NCBI GenBank assembly: GCA_019187085.1
Contig: JABARS010000037.1
Location: forward strand, 1,334 to 65,333
DNA: 64,000 bases
Origin: Pseudorhodoplanes sp.
GTDB taxonomy: Bacteria > Pseudomonadota > Alphaproteobacteria > Rhizobiales > Xanthobacteraceae
Reading direction: 5' to 3'
The first letter of the stretch is position 1; every line of letters begins with the position of its first letter. The notes beneath the pieces were generated by a model that worked only from the letters and a program-made list of their open reading frames with translations, was not told the origin of the DNA and ran no database searches. Below are positions 1 through 10,132 of the stretch, piece after piece. The position numbers and the translations under genes are program-made.

Positions 1-1
1 A

Positions 2-406
2 TCGCTCGGCCGCCCGATCCTCAAGAGCGAGATCGAGCAGCCCACGCCCTACAACACCTACGTCATCGCCGGGCTGCCGCCTGGACCGATCGCTAATCCC
101 GGCCGCGCCTCGCTCGAAGCCGCGGTGAATCCGGCGCGTACCAAGGAACTCTATTTCGTCGCCGACGGCACCGGCGGGCACGCGTTCGCGGAGAATTACG
201 ACCAGCACCTGCGCAACGTCGCGCGGCTGCGCGCGCTCGAACGCGAGCAGAAGGAGACGCCGGATTCTGCGCCACCCGCGGCCGCACCCGAGCCGGCCGC
301 GCCGCAGCCCGCCGCGCGCCCGCCGCAGCGGCGTACGCAAGCCAATCCTGCTGCCAATCCGCAACCGTCCGCCACCCGCAATGGCGGCGCGCCGGCGCGG
401 CCCTGA
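2..406 (+). CDS. mltG: Endolytic murein transglycosylase MltG (YceG-like), C-terminal part; the 5' end lies outside the window
   Basis: The frame is open from nt 2 and reads ...PYNTYVIAGLPPGPIANPGRASLEAAVNPARTKELYFVADGTGGHAFAENYDQH.... This is the conserved YceG/MltG C-terminal core. A Pro/Ala-rich tail follows. Confidence 0.8.
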   Translation, partial: SLGRPILKSEIEQPTPYNTYVIAGLPPGPIANPGRASLEAAVNPARTKELYFVADGTGGHAFAENYDQHLRNVARLRALEREQKETPDSAPPAAAPEPAAPQPAARPPQRRTQANPAANPQPSATRNGGAPARP

Positions 407-518
407 CCGCGGGGCGGAACGTCGATAACGGCCGCCTCGCGCTTGTGAGGGCGGGGCGCGGCCGTTAAGGTCTGGCGCAAAATCGATTCACCCTCACCAG
501 CAATCGGCGCGGATCAGG

Positions 519-1406
519 ATGGCGTTGTCGAGCATGACCGGTTTCGCTCGCCGCCATGGCGCAAGCGGCGGCTATGCGTGGTCGTGGGAGATCAAATCCG
601 TCAACGGCAAGGGTCTCGATCTGCGGCTGCGGATTCCGCCGGGTTGGGACGCAATCGAGGTGCCGGTGCGCAACAAGGCGGCCGAGACGCTCGCGCGCGG
701 CAACATCTACGCCAATCTCAGCGTGACGCGCGAGGGCGCGGCTCCCGTCGTGCGCATCAACGAGCCGGTGCTTGCGGCGGTGCTCGCCGCGATGAAGGGC
801 CTTGCCGGCCGCATCGAGGCCCAACCGCCGCGGCTTGACGGCGTGCTCGGCCTGCGTGGCGTCATCGACGTCGTCGACGAGGAGGAAAGTGAGGAGGCCC
901 GGCGCGCCGCCGAGGCCGCGATCGTCACGAGCTTCGCGGCGGCGGTCGGCGAGCTGAGCGAGATGCGCCGCCACGAGGGCAAGGCGCTCGGCGAATTGCT
1001 GGCGGCGCGGCTTGCGGAAATCGACGACCTCTCGCAGCGGGCCGAAGCGGTGCCCGGCCGGCAGCCGGAGGCGATCAAGAAGAGGCTCAAGGAGCAGATC
1101 GCGCTCCTGCTCGACCAGGCGAACCGTTTCGATCCCGACCGGCTGCATCAGGAAGCGCTCCTGCTCGCAGCCAAGGCGGACGTGCGCGAGGAACTCGACC
1201 GCCTCGCCGCCCACGTCGCGCAGGCGCGCAAGCTGCTCGCCGACGGCGGCGCGGTCGGCCGCCGACTCGATTTCCTGGCGCAGGAGCTCAACCGCGAGAG
1301 CAACACCCTGTGCGCCAAGTCCAACGACGTGGAACTGACCAATATCGGTCTTGCGCTGAAGACGACGGTCGAACAGTTCCGCGAACAGGTCCAGAATCTC
1401 GAATGA
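519..1406 (+). CDS. yicC: YicC-family stress-induced protein
   Basis: 295-aa ORF. N-terminus MTGFARRHG...WEIKSVNGKGLDLRLRIP and C-terminus REESNTLCAKSND...EQFREQVQNLE are typical of YicC. Its stop overlaps the gmk start (ATGA). Confidence 0.9.
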   Translation: MALSSMTGFARRHGASGGYAWSWEIKSVNGKGLDLRLRIPPGWDAIEVPVRNKAAETLARGNIYANLSVTREGAAPVVRINEPVLAAVLAAMKGLAGRIEAQPPRLDGVLGLRGVIDVVDEEESEEARRAAEAAIVTSFAAAVGELSEMRRHEGKALGELLAARLAEIDDLSQRAEAVPGRQPEAIKKRLKEQIALLLDQANRFDPDRLHQEALLLAAKADVREELDRLAAHVAQARKLLADGGAVGRRLDFLAQELNRESNTLCAKSNDVELTNIGLALKTTVEQFREQVQNLE

Positions 1407-2059
1407 CTGCGGCACCCGAAATATCTCGGCGCGGTATCATGCTGGTCGTGTCCTCGCCCTCGGGAGCCGGCAAGACCACGCTGACGCGCGAACTGCTCAA
1501 CAAGGAACAGAAAGTCAGCCTGTCGGTTTCGGTGACCACGCGCGCGCGCCGGCCGAGCGAGATCGAGGGCGTGCATTACAAGTTCATCACCCGGCGCGAG
1601 TTCGAAATCCTGCGCGACGCCGGCGAATTGCTGGAATGGGCGGAGGTGCACGGCAATTTCTACGGTACGCCGCGCGCGCCGGTGGAGCAAGCGCTCAACG
1701 AGGGGCGCGACGTGCTCTTCGACATCGACTGGCAGGGGACGCTGCAGCTTTACGACAAGGTGCGTACGGACGTGGTCAGCGTGTTCGTGCTGCCGCCGAC
1801 CGCCGAGGAACTTAAGGGACGGCTGGTGCGGCGCGCGGAGGACACGCCCGACATCGTCTCCCGCCGCCTGCGCAACGCGCTCGAGGAAATCCCGCACTGG
1901 GCCGAGTACGATTACGTGCTCGTCAACCAGGACCTCAACGAGAGCCTCAACCGGCTGCGCGCGATCCTCACCGCCGAACGCCTCAAGCGCGTGCGGCTGC
2001 AGGACATCGAAAAGTTCATCGACGGCCTGTTGTCGGATTTGCGGAAGATCGCGTCCTGA
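1403..2059 (+). CDS. gmk: Guanylate kinase
   Basis: Contains the P-loop SSPSGAGKTTL and the motifs GVHYKFITRREF and EWAEVHGNFYGT. The ATG at 1403 overlaps the yicC stop. Confidence 0.92.
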   Translation: MTAAPEISRRGIMLVVSSPSGAGKTTLTRELLNKEQKVSLSVSVTTRARRPSEIEGVHYKFITRREFEILRDAGELLEWAEVHGNFYGTPRAPVEQALNEGRDVLFDIDWQGTLQLYDKVRTDVVSVFVLPPTAEELKGRLVRRAEDTPDIVSRRLRNALEEIPHWAEYDYVLVNQDLNESLNRLRAILTAERLKRVRLQDIEKFIDGLLSDLRKIAS

Positions 2060-2069
2060 ACGGCGCGCC

Positions 2070-2921
2070 TTACGCCGCCGTCCGCGCGGCGAACGCATTG
2101 GCGAGCCGCACGAACCCTTCCACCGCAATCTCCTCGGCGCGCGCGGTCGGCGCGATCCACGCCTGTTCGAGCAGGCCGGCCGGATCGGCGCCGAGCGTCT
2201 TCAGGCTCTGGCGCAGCATTTTCCGGCGCTGGCCGAAGGCGGCCTCGGTGACGCGTTCGAGCGTGCGGCGGTCGCAGGCGAGCGGCGCGGGGCGCGGCAC
2301 GAACGAGACGACCGAGGAGACGACCTTGGGCGGCGGCACGAAGGCCTTCGGCGAGACGTCGAACAGGATGTCGGGATGCGTGCGCCATTGCGTGAGGATC
2401 GACAGCCGGCCGTACGCCTTGCTGCCGGGCGTCGCCACCAGGCGCTCGGCGACCTCGCGCTGGAACATCAGCACCATGCGGTCGAACCAGGGCGGCCAGG
2501 GTTCGGTGGCGAGCCAGCCGGTCAGAAGCGGCGTCGCGATGTTGTAGGGCAGGTTGGCGACGATGCGTACCGGCCCCGCCGTCAGGTGCGGGCGCGGATC
2601 GAAGGCGAGCGCGTCGCCCTCCACGATCGTGAGCCGCCCGGGATAATGCGCGGCGATGTCGGCCAGCGCCGCGACCGCGCGTGCGTCGCGCTCGACGGCG
2701 ATGACGCGCTTTGCGCCGAGCGCGAGCAGGGCGCGCGTCAGGCCGCCAGGTCCCGGCCCGATCTCCACGACGGTCGTGTTCGCAAGCGGGGCAGCCGCGC
2801 GCGCGATCCGCGCGGTCAGATTGAGGTCGAGCAGGAAATTCTGGCCGAGGGATTTTTTGGCGGCGAGGTCGTAGCGGCGGATGACATCGCGCAGCGGCGG
2901 CAGGTCGTCCAGCGCGGTCAT
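2070..2921 (-). CDS. rsmA: 16S rRNA (adenine1518/1519-N6)-dimethyltransferase RsmA/KsgA
   Basis: [11 protein letters not shown] and the SAM motif [12 protein letters not shown]. The start was chosen at MTALDD (2921), which overlaps the pdxA stop by 4 nt. The longer ORF running to 3140 is a non-homologous extension. Confidence 0.9.
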   Translation of the reverse strand: MTALDDLPPLRDVIRRYDLAAKKSLGQNFLLDLNLTARIARAAAPLANTTVVEIGPGPGGLTRALLALGAKRVIAVERDARAVAALADIAAHYPGRLTIVEGDALAFDPRPHLTAGPVRIVANLPYNIATPLLTGWLATEPWPPWFDRMVLMFQREVAERLVATPGSKAYGRLSILTQWRTHPDILFDVSPKAFVPPPKVVSSVVSFVPRPAPLACDRRTLERVTEAAFGQRRKMLRQSLKTLGADPAGLLEQAWIAPTARAEEIAVEGFVRLANAFAARTAA

Positions 2922-3964
2922 CGAGGCATGGACGTGGAGGCGGCGGGTGCGGCGAGCCTTGCCGCAAGCTGGAGCGCGGCGATCAGGCTCGACGGATCGG
3001 CCTTGCCGGTGCCGGCAATGTCGAAGGCGGTGCCATGATCGGGTGAAGTGCGCACGAACGGCAGGCCGAGTGTCACATTGACCGCGCGGTCGAACGCCAG
3101 CGTCTTGACCGGAATGAGCGCCTGGTCGTGATACATGCACAGGACCGCGTCATAGGTCGCGCGCGCGACGGCATGGAACAGGGTATCGGCGGGCAGCGGG
3201 CCGCGCGCATCGATGCCTTCGGCGCGCAGGCGCGCAACGGCGGGCGCGATCATCTCCGCGTCTTCGCGCCCGAGCGCGCCGTCTTCGCCGGCATGCGGAT
3301 TGAGGCCGGCAAGCGCAAGGCGCGGCCGGGCGATGCCGAAGCGCTCGGCGAGCGCGCGCGCGGTGATGGTCGCGGTCTCCACGATCAGCTCCGCGCTCAG
3401 CCGCAGCGGCACTTCCTTCAGCGGAATGTGGATGGTGACCGGCACGACTGCGAGCTCGGCGCACCACAGCATCATCACCGGACGCAGGCGGCGGCCGGTG
3501 CGCTCCGCGGCGAGCCGCGCCAGATATTCGGTGTGACCGGGATCGGCAAAGCCTGCACGATAGAGGACGGCCTTGGCGATCGGATTGGTCACGACGGCGA
3601 GCGCTGCGCCGTCCATCACGTCGGCCACCGCGCGCACGATCGCGCCGATGGCGGCGGGCGCGCTCGACGCGTCGGGGCGGCCCGGCTCGGCGGTGATCGC
3701 GGCCTCAAGCGGCACGACTGGCAGGGCGTCGGCGAAAGCGGCGGCGGCCTCCTGCGGGCGGACGCGCGCAAGCGGTACCGTGCAATCGAGCAGGGCGGCG
3801 CGGCGCGCGATGAATTGCGGATCGGCGATCAGATAGAAGGGCGGCACCTGCCGCGCCTGCCGCGCGCACCAGGCCGCGAGCGCAATGTCGGGGCCGATGC
3901 CGGCGGGCTCGCCGACGGTCAGCGCAAGGGCGCGCCCGGATGCAGACGGGACGGGCGCGGACAC
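2918..3964 (-). CDS. pdxA: 4-hydroxythreonine-4-phosphate dehydrogenase PdxA
   Basis: [15 protein letters not shown]..., GHTEYLA, NPHAGE and [12 protein letters not shown] are PdxA signature stretches. The pdxA-rsmA order is conserved. Confidence 0.92.
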   Translation of the reverse strand: MSAPVPSASGRALALTVGEPAGIGPDIALAAWCARQARQVPPFYLIADPQFIARRAALLDCTVPLARVRPQEAAAAFADALPVVPLEAAITAEPGRPDASSAPAAIGAIVRAVADVMDGAALAVVTNPIAKAVLYRAGFADPGHTEYLARLAAERTGRRLRPVMMLWCAELAVVPVTIHIPLKEVPLRLSAELIVETATITARALAERFGIARPRLALAGLNPHAGEDGALGREDAEMIAPAVARLRAEGIDARGPLPADTLFHAVARATYDAVLCMYHDQALIPVKTLAFDRAVNVTLGLPFVRTSPDHGTAFDIAGTGKADPSSLIAALQLAARLAAPAASTSMPR

Positions 3965-3971
3965 GGCGGTG

Positions 3972-4913
3972 TCACTCGCGGAATTCGATCATGGCCGCCT
4001 TGCGCAATTCCTTCAGGTAGCGCTCGGCATGGGTCTTGAAGCGTTCCGAAAAAATCTGCTCGCGCAGCGCGCGCTTGGCGGGCGTATCGGCGGTCGTCTC
4101 TTTCCTGTTGCAGAGCGCGAATACCTCGACGCCGCCCGGCGTCACTTCCGGCGCGGTCAGCCGCCCGATCTCGACGCGGTCGAGGATGGCGCGCAGTTGC
4201 GGGGAGAGGTCGGCCGAATTCCGGCGGATGGTATCGCGCACCGCCACGTCGCGCAGCGCGCGCGCGAACGGGATGCCGGTTTCGCAGTTCTGGAAGCGTG
4301 TACGCAGCAGCTCGGCTTCGCGCTTGCGCTCTTCGATCACCGACTGGGAGGCGCCGCGCGTGGCCACGAACAGGATCGGCACGAGCGTGTATTCGTAGCC
4401 CACATCCTTGCCTTCCGGGTTGCGGGTCTCCAGCGCGTTGAACAATTCCTTTTCGTTGATCTGCAGCGAGGACTGGAACTTGCCGCGGATGATCTGGCCC
4501 CAGGCGATGTCGGCCCGCAGGCGCGCCTTCAGGGTATTGGGGTCGACGCCCTGGCCGGACAGCGAGCGGGCGAAATTTTCCGGCGTGGTGCGCGCGTTGC
4601 GCGCCAGCGAGGCGAAGGCGTTGTCGACTTCCTTGTCGCCGACCTCGAGTTTGTAACGCTTGGCGTCGGACAGCTTGAGGCGGTCGTTGATCAGTTCCTC
4701 GACGATCTGCTGCCGGCCGACATTCCTGTCGCCGGTCAGGCGCATCAGCCGCCCGCGCTGCTCGATGTCGTAGACGGTGATCGGATCGCCGTTGACGATG
4801 ACTGCGACCTGTGCGGCCGCGGGCGTCGTGCACAACAGCGCCGCGCCGAGCGCCGCGCCGAGGGTGAGGCGACCGATGCAACTGGAGCTTCCGGACATTG
4901 CATCCCCTTTCAT
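3972..4913 (-). CDS. surA: SurA-like periplasmic chaperone (SurA N-terminal domain family)
   Basis: Signal peptide ([18 protein letters not shown]), then [16 protein letters not shown].... It sits between lptD and pdxA as in the canonical lptD-surA-pdxA-rsmA operon. Start could be 4913 or 4898. Confidence 0.8.
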   Translation of the reverse strand: MKGDAMSGSSSCIGRLTLGAALGAALLCTTPAAAQVAVIVNGDPITVYDIEQRGRLMRLTGDRNVGRQQIVEELINDRLKLSDAKRYKLEVGDKEVDNAFASLARNARTTPENFARSLSGQGVDPNTLKARLRADIAWGQIIRGKFQSSLQINEKELFNALETRNPEGKDVGYEYTLVPILFVATRGASQSVIEERKREAELLRTRFQNCETGIPFARALRDVAVRDTIRRNSADLSPQLRAILDRVEIGRLTAPEVTPGGVEVFALCNRKETTADTPAKRALREQIFSERFKTHAERYLKELRKAAMIEFRE

Positions 4914-5015
4914 GTTCGCGGCCCCTGCGCGACAAGCCGTGCCTGAAAGTCGTTCTGCGGCGGATCGGGATCCGGCCCGCAGCCGGCGACCCCGTTCTAG
5001 AACCAGTGTCCCATT

Positions 5016-7463
5016 CTAGAGTCCGCCGGGCAACCCGCTCACGCCGCGCGAGAACGACGTGCCCGCGATCGTGCGCAGATTCAACTGCAGCATGATGCGG
5101 TGGTCTTTCTTGACGTCGACCGTGTAGTCGTAGCTCGTGATGTAGTTGAGCGCGAGAATGAAGCAGTCGTCGACATAGCCGACGCCGATGCGGGTCTGGT
5201 CGAACCGGTCGGCGTCGAGGTCGTAGCGCGCGGCGGCCTGCATGACCCAGTTCTGGTTGAGCTTGACCGAGGCGCCGCCGAGGATGCCCTCGCGCCGCGT
5301 CAGGAAGCCGAGTTCGGGCTGCTTGTCGTAGTTGCCGTAGAGCGCCTGCAGCGACCAGCGGTCGAAATTGGCGCGGCCCTCGATCTCGAAGCGGCGCACC
5401 GCGAAGGTTTCCTCGTCGAAGCGGAAGCGGGTCGAGAGCGTCAGGATGCGGTCGGGCTGGTAGGAGACGCGCGCGACATAGTCGGAGCGGGTGGTCTCCA
5501 GGCCGGTATTGAGGCCGGTATTGGTGGTGTCGCCGACGGCGAACGAGTTCGTGCCGAACAGGTGATAGGACTGGCCGAACAGGACGTTGAAAAAGCCGCC
5601 GCGATTGAGCTGGGCGGTGTATTGCACGCCGACATTGGCGCGGCCGCCGCCCTCGACGCGGTCCCAGCCGCTGAACTTGTCGACGCGGAACAGGTTGCCG
5701 TCGTCGAAGGTCAGGCTCTGGGCATCCTCGTTCGGCAGCTTGCCGATCAGTTTCTCGTTCGGGCGCGCGATGACCTGGGCGATTGGCTCGATCGTCTGCG
5801 TGCCCCAGGACTGCACGCTCACGAACGGATAGCGGTATTCAATGCCCACCGTCGGCATGCCGCGCACGAACGAGCTGTCGCCGGTATCGATGTAGTTGGC
5901 GACGCCGGGCTGCGGGGAGATCGACATCGCGGCGACGTCGGCGCGCAGATAGGCGAAGGGGGTGAAAATCTGTCCGAACGAGTCGGTATAGCTGCGCTTC
6001 CAGTTCACCTCGGTCGAGAAGCGCGAATAGGTGCCCGGCACGCCGCGCAGCAGACAATTGCCGACATTCTTCACCGCCGGGTCGGCGACCAGCGGGCCGC
6101 ACAGATTGCTGTGCAGGGCGGTCGGCGTGATCGGGTCGAACGAGGCGTTGTCGCGCGAAAGGCTGGTCAGGTTGATCTTGAAGCCGAGCTCGCCGCCCAT
6201 CACCGGCTGGCCGAAAATGTAGCTGTAATCCATCACCGGATGGATGACCGGCAATTCCTTCTGGTTGTCGGAGATCGAGAAACCGTAGAAGTGCATGGCG
6301 CGCAGATCGAAATAGCTGCGGTTGCCCTTGCCGGTCAGGTAGACTTGCGAGGTGCCCTGCGTCATGCCGGTCTGGAACGGGTCCTTCGGCGTCTGCCGGA
6401 ACGAGGCGCCGTAATCGTTGAAGAAGTTCTTGTCGGTCAGCGCCACCGCGTCCCAGCCCCAGACCCATTTGTCGTTGAGCGCGAACTGGCCGGTGGATTC
6501 GACGGCGCCGCGGAAGTTGCGATAGCCGGGCGTGGTCGAGCCGTCGGAGCGGCGAAACTCGTCCTTGTCCTGCTGGAAGATGCCGCTGCCGCGGATCATG
6601 AACGCGCCGTTGACCAGCCGCTGGCGGTATTCGGCCTGCAGCATCGGTCCCTGCTTGGTCGTGATCGTGGGCGTGATGGTGACGTCGCGATCCGGCGCCA
6701 GCACCCAGTAATAGGGGGCATGTGCGGCGACGCCGTAATGGCCGGTGGAGGAGAAGATCGGCATCAGCCAGCCGCTCTTCTTCTTCACCGTCGGATCCGG
6801 CGTCGAGAAATACGGCACATAGGCGAGCGGGACGCCGAAGAACTCGATGCTGGCATTCTCGAAATACAGCGTGCGCTCGCCTTCATTGTGGGTGATGCGT
6901 GCCGCCTTGACCTGCCAGAGCGGAGGCTTCCTGGGATCGTCCTTGCACGGCGCGCAGGCGGTATAGACGCCGCTCTGCAGGACGGTGAGGTTGCCGTCGG
7001 TGCGGTCGGCGCGGCTCGCGGCGAAGCGCGTGTTCTCCGGCGCGTCGAGCCGCAGCGAGTCGACGAAGCCGTCGCGATAGTCGTCGCTCAGATCGAGGAT
7101 TTCGCCGTAGGTGATCTTGCCGTCGGCCTCGGTGAAGCGGATGTTGCCTTCCGCGCGCAGGCGCTTGGTGCGCTGGTTGTAGGTCACCTTGTCGGCTTCG
7201 ATCGTCGAGCCGTTGAAATACATCTGCACGTGGCCGACCGCCGAGACGCGCTCGTTGGCATAGTCGTAGTGGATCTGGTCGGCCTGCACGAGCATCGGCG
7301 GCTGCGGCTCGCCCTTTTTCGGAATAGTCGTGGGCTTGGCGCGCGGCGGGCGCGAGGGAAAGGTGAGGAAGTTCGTCTGCGCGAGGACGGGCTCGACCAT
7401 GACGACGAGCGCAAGCGCGATCGCGCCGGCAAGCGACGCAACACGCAGGGGGGTAAGATCCAT
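5016..7463 (-). CDS. lptD: LPS-assembly outer-membrane protein LptD (OstA)
   Basis: About 815-aa beta-barrel-type sequence with a signal peptide MDLTPLRVASLAGAIALALVVMVEPVLAQ. An OstA-like N-domain is present (LVQADQIHYDYANERVSAVGHVQMYFNGSTIEADKVTYNQRTKRLRAEGNIRF). The ORF track extends to 7973, but that part overlaps lptG and is non-homologous. An alternative start is 7505. Confidence 0.88.
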   Translation of the reverse strand: MDLTPLRVASLAGAIALALVVMVEPVLAQTNFLTFPSRPPRAKPTTIPKKGEPQPPMLVQADQIHYDYANERVSAVGHVQMYFNGSTIEADKVTYNQRTKRLRAEGNIRFTEADGKITYGEILDLSDDYRDGFVDSLRLDAPENTRFAASRADRTDGNLTVLQSGVYTACAPCKDDPRKPPLWQVKAARITHNEGERTLYFENASIEFFGVPLAYVPYFSTPDPTVKKKSGWLMPIFSSTGHYGVAAHAPYYWVLAPDRDVTITPTITTKQGPMLQAEYRQRLVNGAFMIRGSGIFQQDKDEFRRSDGSTTPGYRNFRGAVESTGQFALNDKWVWGWDAVALTDKNFFNDYGASFRQTPKDPFQTGMTQGTSQVYLTGKGNRSYFDLRAMHFYGFSISDNQKELPVIHPVMDYSYIFGQPVMGGELGFKINLTSLSRDNASFDPITPTALHSNLCGPLVADPAVKNVGNCLLRGVPGTYSRFSTEVNWKRSYTDSFGQIFTPFAYLRADVAAMSISPQPGVANYIDTGDSSFVRGMPTVGIEYRYPFVSVQSWGTQTIEPIAQVIARPNEKLIGKLPNEDAQSLTFDDGNLFRVDKFSGWDRVEGGGRANVGVQYTAQLNRGGFFNVLFGQSYHLFGTNSFAVGDTTNTGLNTGLETTRSDYVARVSYQPDRILTLSTRFRFDEETFAVRRFEIEGRANFDRWSLQALYGNYDKQPELGFLTRREGILGGASVKLNQNWVMQAAARYDLDADRFDQTRIGVGYVDDCFILALNYITSYDYTVDVKKDHRIMLQLNLRTIAGTSFSRGVSGLPGGL

Positions 7464-7504
7464 CCCCCGACATATCCGGCGATGAGCGGTGGTCGAACCG
7501 GCCA

Positions 7505-8596
7505 TCACCCATCCTCCTGGTACAACAACATCAAGAACCCGGTCAGTCCCCCGGCCAGGGCCGGAAGCCAAGCAGCCACAATGGGATGCATCAGCTCGGC
7601 CTTGCTCATGTCTTCGGCAATTTTGGCCAGAACGTAAAGCAGAAAGCCGGCTGCGACACCACCCAAAACCATCTGCTGGACGCCGCCGAAACGGAACAGC
7701 CGCAGGCTCACCGAGGCTGCAAGGAATACCATCGCCACGAGGAAGAACGGGCGGGCGAGGAGCTTCTGGTATTGCAGGCGGTAGCCGGCCGCCTTCAGCC
7801 CGGCATTCTCCGAGTCGCGGATGTGGCTTGGCAGTTCCCAGAATGAAACAGTCTCGGGATTGGCGAAGGTTTCCTGCACCTGTTCCGGGGTGAGGTTGGT
7901 GGGCAGCGAATAGCGGGCGTGATTGACCGGAGGGACGCCCTGCGTGAACACGCGCGCGTCGGTGAGCAGCCATTCGCCCGGCTGCAGGACGCCGGTCTTG
8001 GCCTCGATGCGTTCCTTGTAGCGGCCGTTATGCTCGAAGGTGAAGACGCTGACCCCGCTCAGGCGGATGCCTTTTTCCGTCGCCGCGGTGGCGAACACCA
8101 CCGCTTCGCCGACGGAACTGCGCTGGCGCACCCAGAAGCCGCTCGCGGTCTGCTGCATCGCTGATTGCGCGGTCCCGAACAGTTCGACTTCGAGCTTGCG
8201 CGACTGTTCCTGCAGCGCCGAGGACACCGGATTGTAGATTGTGGTGCCGAACACCCCGAGCAGCAGCGCCGAGATCAAAGCGGGGGCCACGAACTGCCAG
8301 GCCGACATGCCCGCCGCGCGCGCGACCACAAGCTCGAGCCGGCGCGAGAGCGTCAGGTAGCAGGTCATGGCACCGACCAGCACGCAGAACGGCATCAGCC
8401 GCTCGAGCATGATCGGCAGCCGGAAGAAGGAGATTTTCGCGACCGTCAGCGAGGAGACGTTGAGATCGCCGGTGCGGCGCGTCATCTCGATGAAGTCGAT
8501 GACGCCGACCAGGAAAAACACGCCGGCAAAGACGCCGACCACCGCCAGTAGGAAACGCTTGGCGAAATAGATTGAGAGGGTGGGCGCAGGGATCAT
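7505..8596 (-). CDS. lptG: LPS export ABC permease LptG
   Basis: N-terminus LSIYFAKRFLLAVVGVFAGVFFLVGVIDFIEM and a polytopic YjgP/YjgQ-type sequence. Start at MIPAPT (8596) overlaps the lptF stop by 4 nt. Confidence 0.88.
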   Translation of the reverse strand: MIPAPTLSIYFAKRFLLAVVGVFAGVFFLVGVIDFIEMTRRTGDLNVSSLTVAKISFFRLPIMLERLMPFCVLVGAMTCYLTLSRRLELVVARAAGMSAWQFVAPALISALLLGVFGTTIYNPVSSALQEQSRKLEVELFGTAQSAMQQTASGFWVRQRSSVGEAVVFATAATEKGIRLSGVSVFTFEHNGRYKERIEAKTGVLQPGEWLLTDARVFTQGVPPVNHARYSLPTNLTPEQVQETFANPETVSFWELPSHIRDSENAGLKAAGYRLQYQKLLARPFFLVAMVFLAASVSLRLFRFGGVQQMVLGGVAAGFLLYVLAKIAEDMSKAELMHPIVAAWLPALAGGLTGFLMLLYQEDG

Positions 8597-9768
8597 GCGT
8601 GGCCGCTCGTCTTGGGCGCGAAACGGCGCGCGATGCGTTCGCCGAGCGCGTTCATGGCGTCGGTCAGCGCCGTCGGCGTCTCGATGATGACGCCTTTCGA
8701 TATCGCGTAGAGGCCGAACCCAACGGTGGCGGCAATGGCGGTGTAGGGGATCACCACCGCCCACGGATTGTTGAAGCTGGCGACGATCGAGGCGAAGCCG
8801 ACGATGCGCAGGCCCGCGACCGCGAAAATGGTGCCGCCGAGCGCCGCCCCGCGGCTCTGACGCGTGGTGCGCGGCGCGCCGAGATAGGCATAGGCGATCA
8901 CGACGAAGGCGAAGGGGTAAAGCGGCGCCAGCAGCCGGTCGTTGAGCTCGACCCAGCGCTGCGCCGACTGCGTGGTCGCGAGCGGATCGCCGGGGGCGGG
9001 GAACAGCAATTCCCAGATATAGCGCTCGCGTGTGGAGATGTTGCGGCTCTGGCCGCCGGTGGACAGCCGCGAGAGATCGAAGGCATAGCGGTCGTATATC
9101 ACGATCGCCGGATCGCTGCCGGGCTTGTCCTGGCGCTGCACGCTGCCGGCCTTGAGCACGAGGAACGTGCCTTGGTCGTTCTTGAGGATTTCGCCTTCCT
9201 CGGCGAGGAAGGTCGCCGTTTCCTTCGGGTTGGTGCGGTCGTCGACGAAGATGCCGCGCAACTGCCCGTTCGGCAGCCGCTCGCGGATATGGAACGTCAT
9301 GCCGCGGTCGAGGCTAATGAAGCGGCCGGGCTGGACAATGTTGGTGACAAGGTCGGCGCGCACTTCCGTCGCCCAGTCGCGCACCATGCGCACGCTCTTC
9401 GGCCCAAGCCAGGCGGCGATGATCGCCACCGTCACCGACACGACGCAGGCCATGGCCAGGAACGGCTTGAACAGGCGCCATGGCGACATGCCGGCGGCGT
9501 TCATGACGATGAGCTCGGAATCGGTGGACAGCTTGGTCAGCACGTGCCCGACCGAGATCACCATCGCGATCGGGGCGATGATGAGAACGAGGATGGGGAT
9601 CACGAGGCTCGTGATGCCGAGAAAGACCAGGACGGTCTGGCCGCGATTGGTCATCAGATCGACGTCGCGCAACGCCTGCGTGATCCAGATCGTCGCCGTC
9701 AGGCTGATGAGGACGATCAGGAACGCGCCCAGCGTTGAACGGAAAATATAGTGGCCGATCGACCCCAT
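8593..9768 (-). CDS. lptF: LPS export ABC permease LptF
   Basis: YjgP/YjgQ-family sequence (MGSIGHYIFRSTLGAFLIVLISLTATIWITQALRDVDLM...). It lies upstream of lptG and divergent from pepA, as in many proteobacteria. Confidence 0.88.
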   Translation of the reverse strand: MGSIGHYIFRSTLGAFLIVLISLTATIWITQALRDVDLMTNRGQTVLVFLGITSLVIPILVLIIAPIAMVISVGHVLTKLSTDSELIVMNAAGMSPWRLFKPFLAMACVVSVTVAIIAAWLGPKSVRMVRDWATEVRADLVTNIVQPGRFISLDRGMTFHIRERLPNGQLRGIFVDDRTNPKETATFLAEEGEILKNDQGTFLVLKAGSVQRQDKPGSDPAIVIYDRYAFDLSRLSTGGQSRNISTRERYIWELLFPAPGDPLATTQSAQRWVELNDRLLAPLYPFAFVVIAYAYLGAPRTTRQSRGAALGGTIFAVAGLRIVGFASIVASFNNPWAVVIPYTAIAATVGFGLYAISKGVIIETPTALTDAMNALGERIARRFAPKTSGHA

Positions 9769-10132
9769 CGCTCCGGACGTCCCCTCCCTCCACACAGCAT
9801 GACCGCTGCACGCGCCATGAGGCGCGCGCGGTCGAATGGCCCAGACCCCTTCAGAATCCCCCGCCGAGGCCTAACCCCATGGATCGATTCACAAAATGGC
9901 CTTGCCGTGGCAAAGCTGTTGAAAATGCGATGGAAAACGTTAAGGGCCGGGCAACTTTTACATCCCCTGTGGCCGGACGGCACTTATCGCTGCGCCTATG
10001 GTTAATCGCGCGCCCGGCCGGGGGAATTGCGGGGCAGGGGCTTCCTGGGGGCTTGGCAGCTCGAAACGGCACGGTCCATATGGAGGTGGCCCCGCTTCTT
10101 GGCCGATTCCGTCATTTTGGGAATTTGATCTT

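Noticed and set aside
7464-7973. N-terminal extensions offered by the ORF track for lptD. The same applies to rsmA (to 3140), lptG (to 8764), pepA (from 9998), holC (from 11404), aspS (from 33873), the VOC protein (from 14537), the AI-2E permease (from 23799) and the amidohydrolase (to 44248).
   Set aside because: The extensions overlap upstream genes, are Arg/Pro-rich and non-homologous. Internal starts restore family-typical N-termini or signal peptides, often with 4-nt coupling overlaps.
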